Shown here: piece by piece, positions 12,868 to 24,190 of the stretch | Layout: the number at the start of each line of letters is the position of its first letter | Numbering within the stretch: position 1 is the first letter of the stretch | Origin: Camelus dromedarius | Taxonomy: Eukaryota | Length of the DNA stretch: 64,000 bases | NCBI RefSeq assembly: GCF_036321535.1 | Contig: NC_087437.1 | Location: 49,788,001 to 49,852,000, forward strand | Direction of reading: 5' to 3' | Translations under genes and position numbers: made by a program | The notes under the pieces: model-generated | What the model was told of the DNA's origin: nothing | Databases searched by the model: none | Seen by the model: only the letters and a program-made list of their open reading frames with translations

Positions 12868-13112
12868 TGCTGTGGGGAGCACTAGATTTGGAGTCAAAAG
12901 ACTCAGGTTCTGAATTCTGCTGTATCCTAGCTGCATGACCTTTGGAAAGACATTTAAAGTCATGAGTCTTTTGTTCATTTGTTTGTTTGTTTGTTTTCAA
13001 CCTGAAAATGTGGTTAAAACCTACCTCACCAGCTTTCTGTGAAGGTTAAAGAAGACTATATAAGAAAACACCTTATAAATGGCAGAGTACGCATAAATGG
13101 AAGTTACTATTC
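12868..13112 (+). mobile_element. MIR (MIRc-like) SINE
   Basis: GAGCACTAGATTTGGAGTCAAAAGAC..CTAGCTGCATGACCTT..CCTACCTCAC..GAAAACACCTTATAAA..AGTTACTATT. Confidence 0.8.
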
Positions 13113-13479
13113 ACTACCCTCTGTAGTGATATTTCAAGGATTTACGTGGATGTACTGGGCTTCTTCTAGAAGCTCAAAGAGTTGGGCCACCAGAACATAA
13201 ATTTCCCAATCTCTCAGTAAGAAACTTAATTAATGATGTGTATTTGTTTAAAGATTAGTAAAATTATCTATACAAAAGCCATGTCAGTTTCTTGGAGGCA
13301 ACCCCCCTCCCACTCATTTTCATGGGTTTTTAGTTGGCCATGAAAAATTATTAAAGAAACAAAGAAGAGATCTTAACCAACAATTTTATTTGTTCTTCCT
13401 CAGCTTGTGCTGTAGCTGAACTAGGAGAAAATAAAGTTCTATCTCAACAATTCATTCTATAAATGTGTAATTCAGTCAA

Positions 13480-14340
13480 CATTCCAGTCAACAAACATTT
13501 ATTGGATGTTTGCTTTGTGGTTACCATGCAGTTTATGTAGATGTAGTTTTCCTGTCATTAAATTAAAACTTTTGTATTTATTATTGCCAAAGCATCACAT
13601 TCTCAGTCTTTAAGGCCAAAAGACAGAATTAAAATGCAATTCTGGATATGGAAAAAATCAGTAAGACATGACCCCTGACTTCAAGGCACTTAAAATTCAG
13701 TGGGGGAGAGAGAGAAATAGACAAGTCACCATAACACAAGCCAGAATAAAGCAAAAGGGCAAATAAAACTTCAAAAGCCACACTATGATATGATATAATC
13801 AGAAGTGATTGTGTTTCGAGATTTTGGGAGATGGGAACTGAAGGTCAGGAGAATATTGAAGAACAGACTGTCCTGTGAGCGAATTAGACAAGCAATTTCC
13901 TGTTTTAACATACTCCCCTTGGTTACTGATTTTTGATTTTATCTTTGAGAAAAAATAGGATTCTTCTTTTCAAGGAGAGTGAGGAAGGATATTCCTGGCT
14001 GAGAGTGAGGCTCTGCCTGGTTGGCGCAAATGATGTGCTTGGTGGAAGGGTTGGGGACATGTGAGGGACGTGGTGATAAATGCGGCTACGAGGCAGTGTG
14101 AGGTTTATTTATGCAGGGCTCCCCCTATGCAGAAAAGAGAGGCAGGCTTTATTTAATGAATGATGGGGACCTAAACAGGTTTGGAGAAAGTATTTTGACA
14201 TAACTCAGGGGAAGGCAACCTTGGTGGCAGTTTGAAGACTGGATCTAAAAGGCAGAATGAAATGTCAGTGGTGTGAAATTACAAGAGATGGGGAACATGG
14301 TCAGAATGCAGCAAGGCAAAAAGAGTGATGGTGCAGCTTG
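13480..14340 (-). mobile_element. L2 LINE fragments
   Basis: CAACAAACATTTATTG (reversed L2 end), AAGACATGACCCCTGACTTCAAGG..CAGTGGGGGAG, and purine-rich body; internal boundaries uncertain. Confidence 0.55.
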
Positions 14341-14572
14341 CAGTTCTCAGACTGATGGACCAGATTGATGGTCATCCTATTAGCATTTGCTTCCTACACC
14401 TGAATTTTGAACCAGATCAGGTATGTTGCTTTATAAAGAGGTCTAGAAAATGTAAACCATTCATTTCAATAGTCTTATCTTAAAGAAGCTGACTTTAGCT
14501 AAGAAATGTTAAAATGTAAACAATACAAAAAGCAAGGGGAATATTTTGAGGAAATAAGAGAGCAACTGACCC

Positions 14573-14682
14573 ATGTGTGCATTGCCATGTGGTGTGTGTG
14601 TGTATGTGTGGTGTTTGTGTGGTGTGTGTGTGTGTGTGTGGTGTGTGTGGTGTGTGTGTGTGGTGTGCAGTGTGTGTGTGTA
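14573..14682. repeat. Compound (TG)n/(TGG) microsatellite
   Basis: About 110 bp of TG interrupted by GG; source of the His/Thr and Cys/Val ORFs in the track. Confidence 0.9.
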
Positions 14683-15609
14683 GCCAATCTTCTTTACTAG
14701 AGATAGGGATTGTAAGGATGCCAATGATAACAGAACAGGACTCAGTAGGTAGGACTCTAGAGAACATCGTGCCTAAATCACTCACAACTGATATTTAATG
14801 TGGAATAAAGTCTACTTATTTTTTATCTTTCTACAATACTCTGTACATTAGCAATAAACCTATAGTAAGTATAAGACTAAACTGTATATTTCTATAATGT
14901 TCATTTTCAGTACTAGTGCAGAGAAGCAATTGAGTTATACCAATCAGCTCCATAAATATAACCCTCAAAGCCCTTTTAATTGCTCTTGTTTTACTTTTTG
15001 ACAACCATCTATATCTTATGGATAGAAATAAATACCTAAAAGAGCTTCCTTGACATAATTAAAATATTTTAATCAAATATCTGATGGTTCATGTGTTTAA
15101 GTATACTTCACCTGTAAAGGTCAGGAGTGTGTTTTCTTGCTTACAACTGTCCATTTTCTATGCTTCAAACCCCAGTTCAAACCCTACTCACTCCAGGAAG
15201 TTTTTCTATCACCCAAAGGTGGAATGAACCACCCTGTCCTCTAGACTTTCAAAGCAAAACTCTGAACTGTAACCTTACCTGGGGCCACATCTACTCTTGG
15301 GCCAACATGGCAGTCTACAACAATTCCATGGATAAATAGAACATACTCAGTAATACCACATGCAAGATAGGAACCTCAACAAGAAATCATGAAGTCCACC
15401 CAACATCAAGCCTTGGCGTGCCCTGAAGAAGGCTTGGAAATTATGCAGTATATATGAAAATATACCGCAACACCTTTTTTTTTTTAATGGCAAAGAGAAG
15501 ATTGTAGATGTTGTTGATAAATGTTATTTTAAAATGCTCCAGTTCCATTCAGTGTGGCTTGGTAAGAGTGGTCATTAGTACTGAGTGCACAGGAACAGAA
15601 CAGAAGAAG

Positions 15610-15920
15610 GGAGCCCTAGGACTGTAGTTACTCATTTTGGATATTGAGAAAGTCACCTGAACTTCAGTTTTCCCATCTATGAAATGGAGCTGATGATGTC
15701 TCACTCACAAAATTGTGAAGGATTCAATGGAATAACCCACGTAAACCACTAAGGACATGGTTTACCCGCCCACCATTTTGTAGTGGTTTACAATGTTGTG
15801 TTAATTTCTGGTGTACAGCATAGTGATTCAGGAATATATATATAATTATATATATTCCTTTTCCTTTTCCCATTCCTTTATCTGGCACTTAGTAAATTCC
15901 AAAATACTTAACAAATGTTA
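15610..15920 (+). mobile_element. MIR SINE interrupted by an L1 3' fragment
   Basis: Core CTTCAGTTTTCCCATCTATGAAATGG and TGTGAAGGATT..GTAAACCACT up to about 15770, resuming with CTGGCACTTAGTAA at about 15882. Confidence 0.7.
15770..15880 (-). mobile_element. 5'-truncated L1 3' end (cetartiodactyl/camelid type)
   Basis: GTTTACAATGTTGTGTTAATTTCTGGTGTACAGCATAGTGATTCAG is the reverse complement of a recalled artiodactyl L1 3'UTR end. Confidence 0.8.
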
Positions 15921-16100
15921 ATTATGGAAAAGTGCTTTGAAAATAGGACAAAGCTGTTTGTGTCAAACCATTATCATTATTAAATGTGATGACTCTTCAG
16001 TATAAAGTATTAGTAACTTATACTGGGGTAGGGTTGCTCGAGATAAAATGGTTACCATCCATTTATGACTGTAATTTTCTTTTTACTGGATTACTTCTTT

Positions 16101-16312
16101 TTTTTTTTTTTTTGATCACCTCTTTTTTTTAAACATTTTTTATTGATTTATAATCATTTTACAATGTTGTGTCAAATTCCAGTGTTCATTACAATTTTTC
16201 AGTTATACATAAACATATATATATTCATTGTCACATTTTTTTCTCTGTGAGCTACCATAGATTTTGTGTATATTTCCCTGTGCTATACAGTATAATCTTG
16301 CTTATCTATTCT
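16101..16312 (-). mobile_element. 5'-truncated camelid-type L1 3' end with degenerate TSD
   Basis: T-tract, then TTTTTATTGATTTATAATCATTTTACAATGTTGTGTCAAATTCCAGTGT..TTTCCCTGTGCTATACAGTA; flanked by ACTGGATTACTTCTTT (16085-16100) and ACAGGATTATTTCTTT (16313-16328), 14/16 identical. Confidence 0.85.
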
Positions 16313-17429
16313 ACAGGATTATTTCTTTACAATATTGAGAGTCAATCACCCAAATCTTTAGTTTTTCTTTTTCTATTAGGGATGTCATAGTTGTTAACTA
16401 TTTTAAGAATTATAAAATTCATAAATAATTGTTTTAAAAGGTATTCTCTAGATAGGAATTTCCTCCCAAAAATGTACATGAGGTTGGTTTGTTTTTAATC
16501 CCCAAACGATAAGATGGTCTCTTTGTTGCTCCTTCATGTACTGCTCCGTTGTGGGATGGAGCGTCTGTGATCGCGGGTGGAGATTCACAGGCCCCCAGCC
16601 ACACGTCTCTTCTGCCTGATTTACGTGTCAGCACCCACTCTCACTGGGCTGAGTGTTTCTTTGGTGCTGTCTGGCGGCCTTGCCCTCTGGGTCATGGCAA
16701 CCCTGGTCCTCCAGGCCAAGTGAGCCTGGATAACTTTCAGGTTTTATCTATTTCTCTACCTAAAAAATGTAAATGGAGGAGGAGAGGTGCAGTGGAAATC
16801 CAGAGGAGGGTGGGGGAGGAGGGTAAGGGACACCAGCAAAGCAGCTGCCCTGAGTTCCAAGCCATCTGCTAAACGGCCATGAGGAAGGACTTAAGCTGGG
16901 GCGCTGGGGTGCTTCCTGGGCACTGGCTCTGCTACTCCTGGACAGAGATACTTCCCTAAAGTTCCCAGGAGTTCTCTCTCTGAAGATATATTGTTTGAGG
17001 GGTGATAGACGGAGATCTCTGGGGTGTAGAGATGAAGGGGAAATAATTTGACAAACAGATTCCCTCTACCCTCCATTAATTCAGAGAAACTGACACATTT
17101 TACATATCTGGGGTACCCATGTTAACACAGAAAGGTACGTTTTTAAATAATCTGAACTCATACTAAATCCCATTAAGCTTCTTTCCCCCATCATATCTGA
17201 AATAATAAAGAAAAAAAGTACTTATCATATACAAAGTCTCTCCTTTTATTTTTGCTCCGAAATCACAATGTCTGCTAAATCATGGCTTTCCAGGATGACA
17301 AAGAAAAAAATAGGGTTGGTCTCCACCTAAGTTAATTCTGAGATATGAGCTTTAGTTTTATAGTAAAGTGAAACTGCTTAATCCCAAAGAAGCCCCCAAT
17401 TTGAGGAGTAAGAAATGTTAGGTTTGGCG

Positions 17430-17620
17430 AGGGACTGACAGACCTAGGTTTGAATCTACACTTGCCATTTACTGTCTATGTGACTTTGTGTTCCAAGCCT
17501 CACTCTGACTTCAAAATGGGCATAATTGTATTATTAACTTTAAGAATTAGCTAATGCAAAGTCCTAAGCCCTGTGTCTTAACTGGCCCATAGGAGCCATT
17601 TAATAAATAATCTTTGTTAT
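17430..17620 (+). mobile_element. MIR SINE
   Basis: CAGACCTAGGTTTGAATC..GCCATTTACT..TGTGACTTTG..AAAATGGG..AATAAAT. Confidence 0.7.
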
Positions 17621-18569
17621 CTGAGGAGTTGAGCTGGCCTGAATTCAGTTGGAATAAATATGTCACCATCATTAGAATCTGAAGCATAATGCAGATATTT
17701 TTTAAAACATGGATATCCTACGCTGCAATAGATTTGGAAGAGCTTTGAGCACATAGGTCGTGATGTCTTTACAACCTGTTCGGCTTTTTTTATTTGCTTT
17801 AATTGGGGTTTATTTGACTTTGGATGATGAGAGGGATATTTTCAGGCAAATTTGAAGTACAAGAATCAGAGTCCTTTGTTTCAGCCCCCCACTTTGGATT
17901 CCTGAAGAGATCATCCCAGTTGAAACCTTCTGAATGCAGCACAAAGCAGGTTCTGATTCTGAAGAAACCGTGCAGTCCCTTTAACCTGCACAAAAATATT
18001 TCAAGGGTAACTAGAAAGTACGTAAGAGGATTCAGACGTTCCGTGACATACATTTAAAATTCTTCCCGTTCCAAATGAGAGCACCATAATATGCAGAAGC
18101 AAAGTGCATCAAAAAGATGAGGGTCCTTTGAGGCAGGCGTTTGGAGAGCTGTGTAAGTATTATTTGAAAAATAATCCTCAAAGAAGGATCAGGAGAAGAA
18201 AGCATGTAAGTGAGGGGCACAGAGGCTGAGGCTCTGTGTTTGCAAATGAGACTTGCAGTAGGAACTTGACCTGCTCGGGTAATTTTACCAAGTCCTAAAC
18301 CCCAAGCAGAGTATGCAGTTACCCAAGCTCCTTACTAAATGTCTGAAAAAAGATGCTCACCTTCATGCAGCATGGACACTGGGGAGCCACGGACCTGCTT
18401 TGGGTTTGCCAGGTCTGCAGATGCAGAGTTAGGAGCTGACGGCAGGTGCTGCTGTAATGGGGAGTTCAGTAGAAAGGCCCTCGCAGTCCACTCAGAAAGT
18501 AGGATGCCTGCAAAATGGCAGCTGAATCAGTAGCAGCAACACTGCCAAGCCACTGGTCTGAGAAGGGCA

Positions 18570-18800
18570 ATAATGGTAACAGTCCTTATTCAGTGAGAGC
18601 TCACTAGGTGCCAAACACCATGAGAGCCAATGTATTATTTTGATTTTTGCAATAACTCTGTAGGGAACATCTATTATTTTTTTCCCTTTTATAGATGAGG
18701 AAACTGAGGCTCAGTGGTTTAGTGACTTGCCCAATCTCTTCACTAGTCAGTGGTAAACACTACAATTTGACTCAAATTTGCCTGGCTGCAAAGCCTCTGT
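18570..18800 (-). mobile_element. MIR SINE
   Basis: TTTTATAGATGAGGAAACTGAGGCTCAG..AGTGACTTGCCCAA, a near-perfect MIR core. Confidence 0.9.
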
Positions 18801-18817
18801 TTACTGAATGGGCATAA

Positions 18818-18981
18818 GACAGGGAACTATATTCAATTTGTTGTAATAATATATAATGGAAAAGAATCTCTGAAAAGAAAATATGTTTGTATGTATGTGT
18901 ATAACTGAATCACTTTGCTGTACACCTGAAACATTGTAAATCAACCACACTTCAACAGTTTTTTTTTTAATGTTAAAAAAA
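18818..18981 (+). mobile_element. L1 3' end (cetartiodactyl type)
   Basis: ACAGGGAACTATATTCAAT..TATAATGGAAAAGAATC..TATAACTGAATCACTTTGCTGTACACCTGAAAC..TTGTAAATCAAC..ACTTCAA plus an A-rich tail. Confidence 0.9.
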
Positions 18982-19284
18982 GTGTATAACAACAAAAGAA
19001 CTAAATAAAATGTCTGATCAGAGGTTTTTGCCTCTGACATCCAGTAGTCTTCTTTGTACTGTTAGGCTCAGCTGGTCTGAGGGTCATCCCTGACTCTAAA
19101 GAGATCCTCAAATGGGACGCATCATTTTTTTCATTTTTCTGACAACCACCTCTCTTCGGAATACACTTGAAAAGCAGTATAATCTATCATCCCCTTACCA
19201 TCCTCCCTAAGTGCTATTTTTTAAATACATAATATTTATAACTCCTTCTAAGACAATTTTCCTTTGTTAGGTTCAGAACTAAGG

Positions 19285-19722
19285 ATGTTAGTTAGGGTAT
19301 AGGCTGAACTGTTTAACCAAGTATCTGTGATAGAAAATGGCATAAATAAGACAGAAATTTATTTACCTCCCTCTCTTAACAATTTAACGGTTCATGCCTG
19401 GTCAGCAGCCCTGGCATCCTCAATACCTGTCTGGAAGTTTGTTGGAGCTGTCGGCATTTCCCAGACAGCAGGAAGGAAGCAAGGGAAAATGCATGGCAAG
19501 TGGGTTCATCTTCAAGGAGATGACCCAGTGTGCCAGGCATCCCTTCAGCTCTCATCCCGTTGGCTCCGATGCAGCCTCACGGGCACACCTAGTTGCAAGG
19601 GAGTCAGGAGAATGCAGACTTTTGTTTCTGCTGTCTAGTGCTTATCTGAAACTCAGGTCTCCTATTACTAAAAGGGAAAGCAAGCGAGTGGACACTGGGG
19701 ACAAGGAGCTGACTCTGCCACA
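19285..19722 (-). mobile_element. MaLR LTR, MLT1J/MLT1K-like
   Basis: AGTTAGGGT..GGCATAAATAAGACAGAAATTTATTT..CACACCTAGTTGCAAGGGAGTCAGGAGAATGCAG..CTATTACTAA..CTCTGCCACA, matching the reverse strand of old MLT1 LTRs. Confidence 0.75.
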
Positions 19723-20101
19723 ATCTGTTTCTAGCCTGGTCACCAGTCTGACTCTGACTATTACCAAGGCAAGGGAAGTATTAGGTACCAAGTCTTAAAT
19801 ACCCTACTTCTAAACAGTGGGCTTAATGCCAGGAATTTAAAAAAAACAATAAGCAAATAGAACTACAACCATTGGGAGATCAAGTTCGTGGACTTCTAGG
19901 AGACTTAGACCACTTAGCTGGCAAAATTTTCATGGTCAGACCTATATCAGGCTGTTTGGTTGGTTGTCAGTTAACAAGAGTATAGTTATTAGGGAGATTT
20001 GTTTTACAACGAGCTGCCAAATATTATATTTGTTTCCCAGCTTGGATGAATATTTTATCAATAGAAATGTCCATGCTATGAGTTGGGGATTTGTTTAGAA
20101 A

Positions 20102-20205
20102 TTATAGAATAAAATTGCTGGAAGAGATTCTGTCCAATTCCGCATTTCAGCAGATGAGGAAACTGAAGCTCAGAGTAGTTAAGTGACTTCTCCCAAAGGA
20201 ACAGA
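20102..20205 (-). mobile_element. MIR3 SINE fragment
   Basis: TAGAAT..GCTGGAAGAGA..CAGATGAGGAAACTGAAGCTCAGAGTAGTTAAGTGACTT. Confidence 0.85.
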
Positions 20206-22761
20206 GTTCGCTAATGGAAAAGTATTTTGTGAAAGTCCTATATTTGCAATAGTGCCTATTCAGTGCTAATGGAGTGAATGGCTGAATGAATGAATGACTG
20301 AATATTGAATCAATGTGAAAGGTGAAGCAAGAAGGCACTGAGAAGACTGACAGTAAGGAAAAAAATTGTCACTGACAGGTAAACAGATAGATGGCAGACT
20401 TAAAATGTCCCATGGCAGTCATACTTAAGTTTTATGAGATTTAAGCTTTAAATGGGCCACCCTGAACTAGACATTTATATTCAATTTTCCCTGGGAACTG
20501 TTTTGGCTTTGCCTATAAACACATCATGATGACAGCATGCAGGTTCCCTCTTCTGAAGCTCTGCTTATTCCAGAATTCAATCAGGTTAGGTCAGATACCT
20601 TGAAAACCAGGAGCAGAGTCTTCAAAAGAAACCTAGCACAACTCTTTGAAAATGTATTTTTCCTATTATTAAGACAGGGCACTGTCTTGCTGTGCTGTTT
20701 TTTCCTGAACCTCGACAGTGTTTCATGAGTCACCTTTGCTCAGCCTGACAGCGGAACGGATCAGAAGGTCACAGCCTTCTTCCTGGCTCTAAAAACCTGC
20801 ACATTCCTGGAACGAGGGCCATTGTTTCATGGGAAGAAAGCTAATTCGGTTAAGAGATACATTAATGAGCTCAGCCGTCCTCTATACACAGTAAATAAAG
20901 AAGAGAAAGGATCACAAGGAAAAGGAAGCCAAAACAAATAATGAAAGCCTTAGGAAGTTGAGTTTTCATGCTCGAAAACTATTTGAAGAAAGCCGGAAAG
21001 AAAAATTAATTTGCTTCTTCAGTCCTTAGAACACTGATTCCCAGCCTTGGTTTTATGGCACTCCAGGATGTTCCCCATTATCTCAATGACTGTCAGGAAA
21101 TGTTCTGAAGAATTCTCAAAATGAAATTAGTTTTAGTTCATTTAAAAATAGATGGCCAGTCGCTCTTTTGAGAGTAAGGGAATCAAATGAGCACTTGGCT
21201 GCCACCAGCTCACAAGGTGTCCGTGTTCCCAGGTTGGGCTAAGGAAAGCTGCACAGCCATTTTGGAAGGGGAATTTTTCATGCTTATCTAGACATTCTAT
21301 CCCCCGAATCCCCTCCAGATTTCTTTTTAAAAGATAGAATAATGATGAAGATGATGATGATGATGAATGTTGTTGAGATGTTTCCTTAACAAACTGACCA
21401 TGGTGAGGTGAGGCAGTGGAAAACACTAGAAAGAACGAGAGGTTGAGAATGAGATGGTCCTGCTTTGGAAACTGGCTTGGCCACTTCATCGTGGAAGACT
21501 CTTCGTTTCTCCTTCTATACAGTGGGGACCAGTGTAAGTACTGGCTTCTTGGGAGTGTTGCAGCAGGACACGAGATGATGCATGTACCGCATGGAGCACA
21601 GGGGCTGCCCCACAGTGTCTACAGGGGCGGAGATGCCGTTTTTACTGCCTTCTGACTTTTGAGACGGAAGGGCAAGCTGCTGAAACCTCCCTGATGGTGG
21701 TGGTGGCGGCGGTGGCCCCGTGTGATGCTGCCAAGCCAAGTGTGAGGGAATGAGCATATCTGCCACCGTTGGAGACACCCCATCTTGCTCTCTCCGGGGA
21801 CCTGCACCTCAGGGAAGAGCCTGGGGCGGGAGAGGTACAAGCCCGGCTGAGCTGTTTTCTGCTCATTTCTCGTTAGCGTATTTGGGAGAGCATCCTCCCC
21901 ATGCCCCAGAGAGACTTCCACTGCACTTTGAAAATGGAGAAAAGCATGTGAAGCCAACATCTCCAAGTATACACTGAGACTGCAGCAGCAACACAGGGAG
22001 GCTGTGAAGTGCTTTCTCTTGGACAGGAGATTTTTAGAGGAAGAGGGCATCAAAAGGGACTGCTGAGCTCAACCTTATCAACGCCCTCCCCCCCACCCCC
22101 TGCCCAAGGAACAAGGAAACTGAGACCAGGAGAGACAGGGTGACCCACCTCAAACCACACAGCAGGTGAGGGACCGCGCTTTCCCATCAGTCACACTGCT
22201 TCTCCTCTGTCTTGTGGCCTGTGCAAGACTCAGAATTAGGGGAAGAATTGAGTTTTACCAGCTTTAACAGGAGTCCCTATTTTGATTTTTACTGAGATAG
22301 AGAAGTCTCAAATATCCTCCTAATTTTCAAATGGAGAAATCGAGTTCCAGGTGGGTAAAGTCCTCTGGCTAACCACACAGAAACTTTAGGAAATGGATTT
22401 TGTTTTCAGATGAGCCTGGAAATCATGGTGAGTGGAGGGCTGTAATGAGAACTGAGCACAGAGAAAAATCACACACATCAAGAATTGAGGCATGACTGAG
22501 CAATTAGATATATATGGACCTCCATTCAGCCTTTCCTTGAAATCTGACTACCCTGAGAAGTCTATGGCCACTTTTAACAGTACAGAGAAACCCAAGTCCA
22601 TGGCAGAAACTGAGTACAGCTAAGGTGCTAATTAACACTATTAGTAAATTATTTGCTTAAGAATATTTGTATATTGTACCTCATCCTATTCTATAATCCT
22701 TTGCCAAAGCAATGTTTTAGAATTAAGTGCCATAAATACTTGCCCTTTTACCCCTCTCTGT

Positions 22762-22890
22762 AGAATCAGAGAATCTTAGGATTTAAAAAGGTCATTTAAT
22801 TCAACCTCTGACTCAAAGCAAAAACCCTTTCTCTGGCTTTCCAGCCAGTGAGCCTCCCCTTGGCCACACTCAGGAACAAGGTAACGTCTG
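22762..22890 (-). mobile_element. L3/CR1 3' fragment
   Basis: AGAATCAGAGAATCTTAG..AGGTCATTTAATTCAACCTC, the reversed CR1/L3 terminus. Confidence 0.5.
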
Positions 22891-23999
22891 AACACAGGCC
22901 CATCTCTAGTGGAAGAGAGTGCATGGAAACAGGGCTGGGAAAAAAGAAAGCGCGCCTGTGTACCTTACAAAAATGTGTTTTGCCACGTCAGGGTCTAGTG
23001 GCAGTAGGGGAAGTAACACCCCCACGCCAGGTCTACACACTAGGCAGCACTCTGGAGAATTTCCCCTCCCGGAGGCTGTTTTCGTGTCAGACCAGAGGCC
23101 GTGCTCGTGGTGGGGTCTGAGCTGTGTTCAGCACAAATACAGCGGTGTGGGCAAAACAAACAACAGGATAACAGAGGAGAGTGCAAACAAACAGCGCCGG
23201 CTGCACATTGCTGGGCAAAACGCCCCAGGTATGGAAGTGCCTGGGAAGTTAAAAGGTCACATGTCAGCCACGTTTGTCCACTCCCCCTAAAAGGGTAATT
23301 GTGACAGGCGTTGGAGTAAATTTGCTTTTCCAGGAAGAAGCGCTAACCTTACTTAATGTACATGCTGTGTTCATTAAGATAGCCACGCAGTCCGAATTGC
23401 TGAAGCTAAATATCTGATGAAATGCAACATCTTGCTGGGCCGCAGTTACCCATGTGACCCACACGACTACCCCTGGGTACCACTGAGGAGCCTCCCGAAA
23501 ATCTCTAGCAATTTCATCATCTTGCAGCTTGTGTGAAAAGGAGGTGTTAAGAGTTAGCAACCAAAGGGTTTAGATTTTGAACCTCTTGAACCCTGGGAAG
23601 TTAGAAGAAAATTTTTTTCTTAGTTAATTTACCTCTCAACACTCCAACTTATATTTGATTTTTTAGCACCATCTTAGGGGGGAACGTCGCAATGTTCCTG
23701 GATTGTATTTAGAGCCAATTCACAATTCACAACATGGCCTAGTTATGAGAATCCTTATTACGTGCCAAGGGCTAGCATAGAAAGATGAGTAAAAACGATC
23801 TCTGCTCTCAAAGACCATAGACAGGGTGGGAATCAAGAGATGAAAACAAAATTACATTTCTTCTTCTTTCTTGTAAAGAAATCCTATACTCACAAGTAGA
23901 TTATATTTGCCGTAACAATCCATGTTCTTTTGGACACACTAATACTCAATTGTTTGTGGACTGTATTAACTGCTTTCATTTGTATTTATAAAAGAAAGC

Positions 24000-24190
24000 A
24001 AACTGGGGTTTCAAATGTAGCTCTACCGTTTACTAGCTATGGTTCTGAACCGGACCTTTAACATCCTTGAATCTGTAAAATGGAGCTCCTAACATCAGCC
24101 TTGGAGGCTGGCCAGGCTCCGAGTGCGTGGAGCACCTAGGCTTATGTCGGACACACAGTAGGTGTTCAGTACATGGTAATATTAATCATA
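24000..24190 (+). mobile_element. MIR SINE
   Basis: TTCAAATGTAGCTCTACCGTTTACTAGCTATG..ATCTGTAAAATGG..CACACAGTAGGTGTTCAGTA. Confidence 0.7.

Noticed and set aside
14073..14089. 16/17 match to 58559-58575 (GTGATAAATGCGG.TAC)
   Set aside because: Several such near-matches are expected by chance in a 64-kb self-comparison
14495..14798. His/Thr-rich and Cys/Val-rich ORFs (also 4564-4898 and 25709-25933)
   Set aside because: Translations of (TG)n/(CA)n microsatellites
17846..18006. Open-frame candidate coding exon (KFEVQESESF..NISR)
   Set aside because: Weak polypyrimidine tract, mediocre donor, and no similarity to any protein I recognise
21515..22053. Minus-strand ORFs with poly-Pro or poly-His
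   Set aside because: Produced by a short GGT/GGC triplet run; no recognisable homology or clear splice structure
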